Positions 39,750-52,080 of a DNA stretch of 64,000 nt are shown one piece after another. Both the position numbers and the translations under genes were made by a program. The first letter of the stretch is position 1, and each line of letters begins with the position of its first letter. Source of the stretch: Dipteris shenzhenensis (taxonomy: Eukaryota); assembly GCA_047967505.1 (NCBI GenBank), contig CM106538.1. The stretch is one strand, 5' to 3'. The notes under the pieces were generated by a model. That model did no database searches. It worked only from the letters and a program-made list of their open reading frames with translations, and had not been told where the DNA came from.

Positions 39750-39985
39750 TCTGCTTTGTCAAAGCCCATGGCAGTCAACCATGCTTTTGACACCAATACA
39801 TTGCACACCAATACATTACAAGACGGATGAATACATTGCAAGTTCTCACAAAAATGGAATGTTGCACACATGATGTGGTATGTGTGTAAGCATGGTGCAA
39901 AAAGCACATCAATAGTTTCTTGAGAAAATCCAAGCCCACAGAAAACACACATGCACATTTATTGAAAGGGTAAGTACACACTACT
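39750..39985 (-). pseudogene. RING-like zinc finger exon
   Basis: CVFC-x15-CLHTYHIMC-x9-CIHPSC spacing consistent with RING-H2. Confidence 0.75.
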
Positions 39986-41609
39986 TGTAAGAGGACCCAA
40001 CTCTAAAAACTAAAACATCGATTTGTACATGGAAGTTAAGAATCTTACCATTCAAGATTCACGTTCATAGTCACTGCATCAAAGCCTGTGGGATGGTGAG
40101 TTAGTGCTAGATTCAGAACTCTGGGACCATGACTTGGGAGCTTCTCAATCAGATGATGCTGCATGTTGCTCAAAAAACTTGAGCTTGCTTGATAGTGCTC
40201 TCCAATGCTGATTCGCTACCTTTTTGCTGATTCAAATATTACTTTTGCTGCATCCAGTTCTACCTCAAGTTTTGCTACATCCTTCAAGAACTCATCCTGT
40301 AGTACACTACCATGTAATAAATTGTCTACTTTACTACGCACCCAGCTAAGTGTATGTACAATTGGTTCAACTTTTTTGAGGCTTCGTCCTTAGTTGCAGT
40401 AGTAGCCTCAAAATCTGCATGCAATCTTGCATTCTCCTTTGACACTGTACCCTTCCACTCATGCAGTACACCTTGCTCCACGTTGAACTTCCATTGATCC
40501 TATAAACTTACAAGATCCCATTTTGTTATAGATGTGCCTACATCACATTCGTGCTTGATACATGTGCTGTCCAAGCTAGCCGAGCATAGATTCACATCTC
40601 TATGTTGCTCAAAGTCATCCCAATCCACATCTACTCCATGAGTAGATGCAGCAAATGCCCGTGCCAACATTGTACCAACTTCATTGTTCGTGACTGTTTT
40701 CGAATTGTAAATCCTATAGTAAATCTTCATAAAATTGTTCAACAACGATTTATTCAACTGACCTATATGAAAGCCACACCAGCTCTCTTGGTCGTTGTTT
40801 CCCCATATTTCTCGGATCCAGGTGTTCAACTCTAGATATGAGTCTGGCTTCGCTCTCAGGAAAATGTCCATCCAAGATTGAATCCAATTGGAATTGCTAT
40901 TGGTTTGTTGTCCTTAGTCTTTGGCTCTGGAATAGAAGCCGCTTTGGTATCCGTAGCCTTTTCCTTCTCTTTGGTTGCAAACTTCTTGGATGGAGTGTTT
41001 CTTCTTGGAGAAAGGACATCGAGCTTATTGGAGGCGGGAGATGTGATGCCTTTGGGCTTCCTTGGAGACATGGTGGTCTTCAGCTGCTGCAAAGAGAGTA
41101 ACATTTTAGTACTAGGACTCACATTAAGATGAAACAGAGTAAAATAACAAAGACAAAGAGAGATAGAGAGAGAGAGAGAGAGAGAGCAACAACAAAAGCA
41201 GAAAGCTTGCATGTCGATAGAAGGAATGGCAAAAGACAATCGCATGCAAGTCCGAATATTGAATTATGGGGGGAAAGAATTTAGAGAATGGAGGAAAAGC
41301 AAAGAACGAATAGCAAATGGGGCAAAAGAGAAGAACGAATAGAGAGAGAGAGAGAGAGCTCACGAGAGAGCGACCCGTGTCAACATCCTGCGAGAAAATT
41401 TGACATGGAAATCAGAAGTTCAGAAGTTCAAAAGTAAAAGCTGGAAATCAAAAGTTCAAAAGTTTGAAAGTGGAAGTGATAGAGTGCAGGTTCAAAAGTG
41501 AAACACTTGAGAGGAGACGCAATGCATGAAAATGTGTGTATGAGCATGAGAATGCGTACGTGAGAATATCTTATACATGAGAATTTGTAATCAATAAATA
41601 TATTAGTGC

Positions 41610-42420
41610 ACATTGTTCTTCCTTTGGCCATGGTTTACGACCTAACATCTCCGCTCGCACTCAAGACCAAGGACCTAAGACTCTCTAAGAAGCTCTATTG
41701 GTGGCACAAAGAATCGAGTTTGCAATTGGTAAATCAATTGCCAAGGTACCACCTTTGCCTCCTTTGTTACCAGTTCCTACATATGCAACTGGTCCTATCC
41801 CTATGGAAATCGATCATACCCAGAATGCACAGTCCATGCAAAAGATGACATTTCAACCTCGTGCACCAAATGCTTCTCGCTTACCAAACAAGGATGCGAA
41901 TGGAAAACCAAGGTGTTTTCATTGCAATCGTTATGGTCATGTGAAACGGCACTGTCATTTGTTGCGTCCAATCCAAAATGCTCAAGTGCAAGAAGCAGCA
42001 GGCATGCTCGTGTTGGGAAAAGAACATCTGGACCCATGAAGGAGACAAGGGCTCCAGACCTTCCTTCTTCATCTCCTCCTCCTATTGCTTTTATCATTCA
42101 AGCCCTGTTCTGCAATAAACCACTTTTGGTTCTGGTAGTTTCGGGCAGTTAACTCACTACTTCATTTAATTCTTTCGTTCAAGGCCACAAGATTCCTCTC
42201 TATTCACTTTCGCCGAACATGGTCACCTTTGGTGACAATGTGACGACTTCAGCATCATCCTCTAGAGCTGAGATAAAACTAGTTTTTTTCGGTTAAACTT
42301 TCAAGGTTCCGATAACTGTACTTCCTAAGCAAATTTTTTCGTTAACTCGCGGGTGTGATTGGCTGCTCCAACATAAGGCTGTCATCGATTTCCACAATCA
42401 ATCTCTGCAAGTCAATAATT
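41610..42420 (+). mobile_element. Ty3/Gypsy gag-protease remnant
   Basis: GPIPMEID, CFHCNRYGHVKRHC knuckle, LVLVVSGS (decayed LVDSG protease motif). Confidence 0.8.
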
Positions 42421-44160
42421 CTTCTTTGCACACACCTCAAACTAGGTGGTATTGCATTGCATGTAATGTGGTGTGCCCATCCGATAGTACTTGTTCAAAT
42501 AACACACCTAGGAGCGTGTTTTTTAATGGATGTGCATCACATTGACGCAAAAAACGGTGTTTAATGCTTGATCGACAATGCAAAGCCTATCCGATGGGTA
42601 CAAAACTTTGCAAGTGCCTCAATCTAGGTGGTATTTACTTGCATGCAAAGTGGCACGCCCATCCCATAAGTACTTGTTCGCCTAACACATTTTTTTACGG
42701 TTGTGCATAACACTAGGGAAAAAATGGTGCATTATGTGTGATCGACGATGAAAAGCATATCCAATGGGCACAATAATTTTCATGCACCTCAAACTAGGTG
42801 GTATTGAGTTGCATGCAATGTGGCGTGCCAATCCGATATGTACTTGTTGGGATAACACACCTAGGATAGTGTTTTTTTATGCTTGTGCACGACACTAAGG
42901 TAAGAACAAAGTTTAATGCTTGGTCGACCATGCAAATCATATCCAATGACCACAATACTTTTCAAGAGCCTCTAGCCAGGTGGTATTGACCTACATTGCA
43001 AAGTGGCATACCCATCCCATAAGTACTTGTTCGGATAACACACTTGGGAGCATGTTTTTTGATGGTGGTGCACTTATTTCTAGGAGGAAAACGGTGTATA
43101 ATGCATGATCGACCATGCAAATCATATCTAATAGACACAATACTTTGCACATGCCTCAATATATATGGTATTCACTTGCATGTAAAGTGGCACACCCACC
43201 CGATAAGTACTTGTTTGAATACCACGCGTGTTTTTTGACGGTTGTGCATAACACTAGGGAGAAAAAACGGTGTATAATCGGTGATCAACCTTGCAAAGCA
43301 TATCCGATGGGCACAATACTCTACACGCACCTCAACCTAGGTGATAGTGAGTTTTATGCAATGTGGCACGCCCATCCAATAAGTACTTGTTTGGATAACA
43401 CACCTAGGAGCATGTTTTTTTATGAATGTGCATCACACTAAGGTAAAAATGGAGTTTAATGCTTGATCCACAATGCAAAGCTTATCTGATGGGCACAATA
43501 ATTTGCACGTGCCTCAATCTAGGCGATATTTACTTACATGCAAAGTGATGTGCTCATCCCATAAGTACTTGTTTGCGTAACACACCTAGGAGGGCGTTTT
43601 TTGACGGTTGTGCATAACACTAAGGGGAAAATGGTGCATAATGCATGATCGACCATTCAAAGCACATCCAATGGACACAATACTTTTCACACAGCTCAAC
43701 CTAGGCATTATTGAGTTTCATGCAATGTGGCACACCAATCCGGTAAGTACTTGTTGGAATAACACACCTAGGATAGTGTTTTTTGATGCTTGTGCATGAC
43801 ACTAAGGCTTAAACGGAGTTTAATGTTTCATCGACCATGAAAATCATATCCGATGGGCACAATACTTTGCAATGGCCTCTACCTAGGTGGTATTGACCTG
43901 CATGCAAAGTAGAACACCCATCCCATAAGTACTTATTTGGATAACACACCTGGGAGTGCGTTTTTTGATGGTGGTGCATAACACTCGGAGGAAAATGGTG
44001 TATAATGCATGATCGACCATGCAAATCATATTTCATGAACACAATAATTTGCACGCACCTCAACCTAGATGGTATTGACTTTCATGCAAAGAGATGCACC
44101 CATCCTATAAGTACTTGTTCGAATAACACACCTAGGAGTGCGCTTTTTTATGGTTGTGCA
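42420..44160. repeat. Satellite array B, ~180-bp monomer x10, arranged as two ~900-bp 5-mer higher-order repeats
   Basis: CCTCAA.CTAGGTGGTATT at ~42436, 42617, 42787, 42969, 43154, 43330, 43512, 43694, 43876, 44058. Confidence 0.95.
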
Positions 44161-44355
44161 TGAGTGTGTGCGAGGAGCGAGTTTTTTGAGCAAGTTTTGG
44201 AGCGAGTTTTTTTTGGCAACCATGTTTTGTTCCACCTATTCCACTTATAACACATCAGGGTGGGTGTGTGGGGGGGGGTGTGTGTGTGTGCGTGTGCGTG
44301 CGAGTGCTATCAACACCTTACCAACCCCCCTCTCTATGGCATGTCTCTCTTCGTG

Positions 44356-44400
<45 letters not shown>

Positions 44401-44409
44401 GTCTTTGTA

Positions 44410-45180
44410 CCACTGCTATCCCATCGGTTGTTGCCATATTGCTATCTCGTCAGCCATTGCTATATTACTATCCTGCCCATTGTTGCCATACTACTATCCC
44501 ATTGGGTTGTTGCCATTCTGCTATCCCGTCAGCCGTTGCCATACTGCTATCCCATTGTCATGGCCATACTGCTAACCATTGCCATACATCTATCCCGCCG
44601 GCCGTTGCCATCTAGCTATCCCGTCGGTTGTTGCCATACTGCTATCCCGTCGGCTGTTGCCATACTGCTATCCCACCGATCATTGCCATACTACTATCCC
44701 ACCGGTCGTTGCCATACTACTATCCCACCGGCTATTGCCATACTGCTATCCCATGGGTCATTGCCATACTGCTATCCTACCGGCCGTTGCCATATAGCTA
44801 TCCCGCTGGCTATTGCCATACTACTATCCTGTCAGCTCTTGCCGTATTGCTATTCTGCCGATCATTGTTGCCATACTGCTATCCCACCATCCGTTGCCAT
44901 AATGCTATCCCATCAACCATTGCCATATGACTATCCCATCTATCATTGTCATAATGCTATCCTGTCGATCGTCGCCATACTACTATCTCGCCTGTCGCTG
45001 CCATACTACTATCCTACCAGTCTTTCCTATATTGCTATCCCATCGACCATTGCCATGCTACTATCCCATCGGTCATTGCCATACTGCTGTCCTACCAACC
45101 GTTGCCATACTGCTATCCTGCCAACTGTTGCCATATTGCTATCCGACCGATCATTGCCATACTACCATCCTGCTGCTCGT
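44410..45180. repeat. 26-bp minisatellite (GTTGCCATACTGCTATCCCRYCGGYC), ~29 copies
   Basis: Direct reading; explains the spurious repetitive ORFs in the track. Confidence 0.95.
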
Positions 45181-45479
45181 AGCCCTCCACTCAACCCCAC
45201 GTTTTGTCGCCCTAATGTTTATTCCGCTGATCATCACCTTACCAACAACCCGCCAATTGTTGCCATATCCTCTATCCCCATGCCCCATTGCCCTATGCCA
45301 TCCCCTCAGCCGTAGCGATAGTGAAATTTATAAAAAGGCCCCCTATCCCCCCCATTCATTGCCATAGCAATTATAGTCAAACTCTACCAAAATTCTGCCA
45401 GGAACCCCCCAGCTCCCTGCCCTCTTCCAGACAATAGTTCATCCCTCAATTCATGTCCTCAGCCTCCTCCTCTTCTAAC

Positions 45480-48400
45480 GATTAGCATGCCATCTGCCAC
45501 AATCCGTATGCCGTTCGACTTTCCAGTTGAAGACTTGCAAGTGGAGGAAGAAATTTTGACTCAACAAGCAACCCAAGAGGCACCTACAACAAGAGGCACC
45601 CCTCCCTCAAGAACATCAACGAAGCGCACCTCAGCCCCCACACAAGGGGAATACAAAATTTTTTGATCGCAAATGCACTCACCGCTTAGAGAGGCATGGC
45701 TCAAACAACTCGACGCATGTGCCATCCACTCTCGCTACATGTATGAGGGCGACAACTACACCCTCCATTACCACAATGGAGCAACCTATCAAGCACTCAA
45801 GTAGCCAATGGTTCATGATAGGTCTAGGAACCATGGTAGACCGCCTTCCTTGTCACCTAGATATGAGGCTCCTGAGAGAATTTCCCCAAGCCTACAACTC
45901 CAATATGAATGTCGGCATCCTTCGCGATGCGACACGCACTCCCCACTTCTACCACCTCAATGTGGATGTGGTGCGAGCCACCTTCGACCTACCGGTCATC
46001 ATTTGACAAAGACACTCAAAAGAAGAAGATGCCCGAGGCCCTTAATGACATCTACTAGTACAATCAACAAAAGAAGAGCAAGGGGTGCATCCATTTCTTA
46101 GAAATCATTAGGCTAGAGTTGTAAAAGTCAACACGAGCCCTACAGTGGGTGACCCGAGTCAAACACATGGATCACCACCCACGAATCAATCGTACCCAAC
46201 ATATTGGCGAGACTGGTAGCCCCCTAGATCACTAACTAAGCAGATTATTTTTGTAATTAGATGTGGGAAGACCTCAAGACACATGGTGAGGTCATCGGCA
46301 ACCCCATGCTGTACATGCCCATTCTATATCACATGTTGTACAACAGCAATTGCCAATCGGCTATGGGTTGGCTGATAAAACTGCCACTGGACCAGTATCA
46401 GCCGACCAAGAGGAGACAGAGGTTGCCTCAAAGCAAGCACCGGCACCACTCCGGTCAACTGCCCCGCTCAACTGGATGGTAGTCAATTGCTCACCCAACA
46501 TGAGGATCACCAGGTACAAGCATTCGTATGCCAACAGTACCACCTCGACCACTCGAATCCCCATGCCATGGCAAGGTTGTACAATAGGAGCCCACCATCG
46601 CGATTGACGATCTCCCGGGAGATGAGATGGTCACCATTGGCCTCCACCTAAGAGCTCAAGTTGTTGCAACCCCCTCTACACCCCAGGTCTCGATTTCAAC
46701 CATGGCCCACCCACAAGAGATTGCATCCTTTGTCACGGGATCCTCCTCCTCTCCATGGGCAAGCCTCACCAAAGCCCTACAGTTCTGCAGTGTGCCACAT
46801 TATTAGGTACCAAGTGGGTACAGCAACATGACGGCTAAGCAGCTCTCTCATGCCAATCAAATGGAGCTGCAAGTATTTGATGCAATGACCTAACTCCCAT
46901 GGCACGCACAATTCTATAGAGATGGCAGGAATAGGCCTCTCAGCTCTCCTCGACTCTCCTCCTCTAGGCATAGCTCTCCACGCATGACAGCCACACATTA
47001 ATGGTCGTCGCCCAAGCCATAAGGCAAACTGCCCTTGATCGAGTAGAGGAGTACCACAACAAGGCAGAGGAGCTCGAGCTCTCAGTTACCAAGCTCAAAG
47101 ATGAGCTCGCTGCCACATCTAGTGAATCCTTGGTCCAAACACTCATGGACCAGGTCGACAAGGTAGAGTCCCGCGCCTCTGAACTGTAGATGAACTACGA
47201 GTGCAAGCCGAGGCACAACAAGCAAGAATCCAAAAGGGATACAACTGACAGATCCAGACCCTCCAGGATCTTTTGGCATAGGAACGGGCTCTAACTGTGT
47301 CAATGCAGGAAGATAACGAGCGGATGCGTACTCTAGGTTGGAAGACTACAAGTAGCAAGAATTTCAAATGTACTCGGAGGTCTTTGCACAGCTAGCCACA
47401 TACACCCTCGCCCCATGCACTCTCCCCCAAACCCTACTAGATGCACTTTAATGCCCTCCATGCACAGAATCTCATCTTCCACCTCGATCTCACTCAGCCT
47501 GTGGGTTTGCAATCCCAAAAGTCTTCAAGCTCAATGTAGACTTATGGCCGAGAGCCTCTACAATTCAAACGCAAGGGCATCTCATGGCATACTACTCCAC
47601 CGCCTACCATCCCCTTAGGATAATTATACTCTACAACCGGGTGCTACAAGTTCTCCAAGACTCACTTGAGTCCTTGGTTAGCAGTTTTGATACAATCCAC
47701 GTAGCATACCCTAAAGAAGTTGCCAAGGAGGAGGGACAAGAAGCCATCACTGTATTTAACTCTTCTGCCCCACCTACCGATCTCCCATAGCTGCCTCCAA
47801 TTGATCCCACCCAACCCACCCAACAAGCCCCCCACCCCCCCTTCCTCACAGAAATCTCCTTGAATACTCTTCCAATGCCTCCAACACTAGCACTGTACAG
47901 CATTGGACCCATTTCCTCCACTGCCCCAGTCAACCTCCTAGATGAAGCCCTCAATACGTTGCTCAAGTCAACCCATTTTGTACATACACCCACCATCGAC
48001 ACGACACCCATGGGTACTTCTAAAGAGGACCCAATTACTATGGAAGATGATGAGGTTCCTCCTGCCCCCCCTCCTCCCTACCTGAAGATGTTCAGTGGAG
48101 ACCTAATCTGCAATCCTTCCAAGAACTTCCCGACAATGCACTCATGCACCACTGGAAGAAGTAGCTCGAAGGCTCTCGCCTCCACTTATACAAAATCCTG
48201 GAGGTCCGCCCCCTTACACAGTCCATTACCCAGTCCTTCAATGATTAGCAGCAAACACATCCGAAGTGCACACACGAAGGCTACCACCTCTCCCCCGATG
48301 CTCCGATCCCCATCATCGATATTGACGCTGGCCTCCAGCCATGCTGGCACATTTCTTTTTTATTAAAAAAGGAGCAATTTTGGTGCTACTACCACAGTGC

Positions 48401-48940
48401 CCACGTCGACTGACAGATCCATCCCTTGTACATGCCCATGGAATGTCAATGGACTTGGGCTGAGTTCCATGAGCTCCAATAGAAGGACCCCAACATCTTG
48501 TGAATTTTTCAACGGAAATGTTTCAAGAAGGATTTTGCTTCTGCCTCCAGTTCTTCAATGACACCTATGGCTCCGCCGTCCCCAATCCTGCAGTTGTAGT
48601 AGTGGTCCACTTCAACCACCTTATTCTCTAACTCCTCCATGATCTCCCCACCCATAGTCGGCTGATTGTTGACGACAAGCTTCACAATCTCAACAATCAA
48701 ATTGTCTTCAACCTCGACATCAACTCCACTCAGTTTTAGGACCTTCGCCTCTACCTCCGAGTCTGCAATCTCCATGGCCATCACATCTGCACATATGAGG
48801 ACATGCATGCCACCCATTTTTGGAAGTTTTGCACTTACCTGGCTTAGCTCACACCCTACCAATTGGACCACTACACTGTCCTCCAAACAGTCCTCTCCAC
48901 CCACCTCCTCTAGCACGGCTGATCTGAGGGTGGCTCAGCA
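45480..48940 (+). pseudogene. Degenerate extra ORF region upstream of a Gypsy-like 3' LTR
   Basis: Coding-like fragments (WEDLKTHGEVIGNPMLYMPILYHMLY; coiled-coil QTALDRVEEYHNKAEELELSVTKLKDEL; KEDPITMEDDEVPP); no recognised domain. Confidence 0.45.
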
Positions 48941-48945
48941 ATAAC

Positions 48946-49756
48946 GGGAAGGGGGGCATGTTAACACCCACAGAGTACAGTTGCAGTATGCATGGTATTG
49001 AGTGATTCAAGGTGATTAGGTGTCATGATTTACTTCAATGGTTGCAACCATGGAGGGAGTACAATTACAAGCTTTACGAGGTTTGAGCAACAAATGGCTC
49101 AAGATTGGCCTCACCACTCTAGGTTTTGAGCCTCATAGATGGGTTTTGAGCCTCAAATAGCTTAGGACTTAGAGGCGTGACGTTAACACAAGCCCTAGTT
49201 AGGAGCTCCTCCTTTAACACAAGTGCTATTTTCGACACATGAAGAGTGGAACAATAAAGGAGAGATGGAAATGGTAGTGAAGATGCCTTGGCACCCTAGG
49301 GGCCCAAGAGCATTTTGAATGTAAAGAAAGGGAGAGTGTAAAAATGAAAAGGGTTGGCCCTCCCTTCAAAGGTGACATGGATAAAAGGCCAAATGGCTAA
49401 CTTTGGTCTTCATTGTTGTATGCACAAGTTTGGAATACAAGCTCCCTCTTCTCTTCCAAGAGTGTCTTTGGGTGTTCTCTTGTTTCCTTTGTAGTGCCTT
49501 TGTGTTTTCCACTCCATCCCCCTTCACTCTCCTCTTCCCTTCTCCTTCTCCCTCCCTTCTCCCCTCTCTTCTCCCTTCTCCCCGTTCCCTCTCTCTCATG
49601 GAAACACATTGCAACAATCTAAGAGTTGCTTGAGTGACACATGTGGATAGCTCGTGCTTTGCATTGCTCTCACAAGGAGTAGCTTGGACTGGAGGCTCCA
49701 TTGGCATTCCTTCAAGATCCCCACAACACGTGAGTCACCGTTGAGACTACACAACA
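48946..49756 (+). mobile_element. Polypurine tract plus probable 3' LTR
   Basis: GGGAAGGGGGG (48946-48956) then TGTTAACACC at 48959; candidate end ...ACACAACA at 49756 (uncertain). Confidence 0.55.
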
Positions 49757-50629
49757 TCTTCAAGATTAGATTATTGAAGCTTGGATCTCCAAGTTGGATC
49801 CCCAACCTAACTAACCCATGCTCTTTGATGTGACCTTCTTGAATTTAGACCTTTGTGCACCTCCATGCCTTCAAAATCAATCAAAGATCTCGTGCAATGT
49901 ATTGCTAGAGGTGATACCACCATCATGCCTCGAGTTCTTGAAGTAGGCTACCTTGGCTCAATGATGTGCCTTGTGTGTTCCAAATGGATAAAGGCCCCCA
50001 ATTCTATACAAGCCATGGTCCATGCACATAGAGAATATGTTGTAGAATCATGAACATCATTTCAATAACAAAAATTGAAGTAGCCCATGCCTCAGAACCC
50101 ATCCCAAGTTCTATGCAGTACCATGATGACACCATACACAGTTTAGGTGAGGATTCAGGAACATGCCATTAATTGGTCTCTAATCAAGCCATACTTTGAC
50201 GTGGAATGGAACATCCAAGGCTCATTGATCTGGCCACTTTAGAAACATGACGAATGCATGTGAGGCAACATTGACTGCATCCTACAACAAAGTGCAAGAT
50301 TTTGTAAAACCTTGGAATACATTCTTGAGGTTCCCTTTCACACCAACTTCCATTTTTCTACACTTAGTTTGAATCCCAATGGCCAGATTGATGCTCATAC
50401 TATAGGAAGAATCAACTGGCATGCCAAAATTCTCACAGCCACTGGCTTACATGCATGGCATCCCAACTCAATGATCATAGGCCATAACTCGAGGATGGGT
50501 AATAAAATGGGTCCGAGGTTCTATTAATGCTTTGTCAACATGGATGTAAGTAGCAAAGAATGTGTGTATAGAGTAGCAACAAAGCTTTGCTTGTACTTCC
50601 ATGAGGCTAGGAATAATTTCTCAAGAATC

Positions 50630-50870
50630 TCTCTTAGGAATCCTACATGTACATCTTACATGCCATTCCTACATGTGCATCTTACATATGATTCCTCCAT
50701 GCACATCCTACATGCAATTTCTACATGCAACTTCTACATGCAACTTCTACGTGCAAGTTCTAGCTGCAACATCTACGTGTGCATCCTACATGTGATTCCT
50801 AGATGCAAGTTCTATATGCCATTCCTACATGCACATACTAAGAAAGAATCCCTACAATTCCTACATGCAA
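50630..50870. repeat. Short CTACATGCA-type tandem repeat
   Basis: Direct reading. Confidence 0.75.
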
Positions 50871-51629
50871 AGAGAGAAGCTCTCCAAACTTGTATAAATA
50901 TCTCATGATGGAATGAAGCCCACACTCTTTGGGGCATTGTGTCGAGTTCTACTTTGGTGTTCTATGCAATTGTCTCCAAGTGTCCATGATCGCTTGCACT
51001 TCCACATCCAAAAGCATGCCCTACCCCTGTCTTCTACTACCCCCTCCTCTAACCTTGCAACTCCTTCTCCCCCTCTCCTCCTCCCTTCTCCTCTCTCTCC
51101 TCCAACCCCTTTGCACTTACACCTTCTTTCTCGCCCACTCCTATGCTTCCCCTAAACCCTTACCATCTTAGATTCGTTCCTTAACCCTTGTCCTCCAAGA
51201 TCTATGAGGGAGAAGAGTTCTCCACCATGTAGTCTATTCTAAACCCTAGATCCTCCTTCTAACCTTGAACCTCCTTTTGGACCTTAGAACCTCCTTCAAA
51301 ACCTTAAAACCTCTAGAGGAGGTGAAATCCTTCATTCCCCCAAGTATTTGGTTGAATGTTCCCTTCATGCAAGCATGTGCAACATCTACTTTACACAACT
51401 TAAGCCTCCACCTCTGACCAAAATATGATCCGAGGTCCTAAGCTACATGTATTCTATAATGATGATGACTCCAATATATCTATAGGTGGAAAAAATCCTC
51501 AAACCCCTACACATCTTGCAAATTCCATAGAGAAGTGGCAACATCTACCCACAACTAAAGGCTAGTCGACAAGCAAAACCCAACAACAAACATTCAAAAG
51601 AATCACAACACTGCTAGTGAGAGTCCATT

Positions 51630-52080
51630 ACATGGACTAAGATGAGAAGCTATTGGCGATGCTGTGGACATACCGCACAGCATTCAAAGTGGCTATGGGT
51701 TTTACACCATTCAAACACGTGTTTGGATTGGAGGCCATTACTCCACTTGAGTACGTGATGCCAAGCTTTCATATTGTGGTTGCAAATCAGCTCCTTCCTG
51801 CAGACTCGATGGATGTATTGGAGGAAGAATCCCAGATGGAGAGTTACTATCTAAAGAAGGTGGTACAAGCCCATAGAAAGCAAAGAGTTGATTTGGCATT
51901 CAAGAAGAAAATTTTCAAGCATGACCAATTGGTGTGTTAGTTTCAATAGCCAGATGGGAAAAATGCCAGGTAAACTGAAGATGCGATGGTCCGAGCCATT
52001 CTGAATCTTTGATGGATGTGGAACCACATACTTCTTTCTTGAAAACCTACAAGAAGGCATGCTGCCACTTTCAATTTATG
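51630..52080 (+). mobile_element. Ty3/Gypsy integrase C-terminal remnant
   Basis: LWTYRTAFKVAMGFTPFKHVFGLEAITPLEY...FKHDQLV...GKLKMRWSEPF (GPF/Y-type motif). Confidence 0.85.

Larger units (their letters stand above)
35480..41071 (-). pseudogene. Multi-exon gene: low-complexity N-terminus, helical domain, RING-like finger, acidic/basic linker, FCP1/NIF-like HAD domain (disrupted)
   Basis: ACCACCATG at 41071 (MSPRKPKG); coding-like segments ~41071-40050, 39985-39750, 38268-37950, 37830-37710, 37620-37200, 36945-36250; stops and frameshifts; exon boundaries and 3' end approximate. Confidence 0.6.

Noticed and set aside
29400-41610. Terminal inverted repeats for the two-gene element
   Set aside because: Only weak similarity between ~30120-30175 and the reverse complement of ~41350-41400; no convincing TIR or TSD pair found by eye
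44138-45367. 351-aa and overlapping repetitive ORFs
   Set aside because: Produced by the 26-bp minisatellite (period not a multiple of 3) and microsatellites
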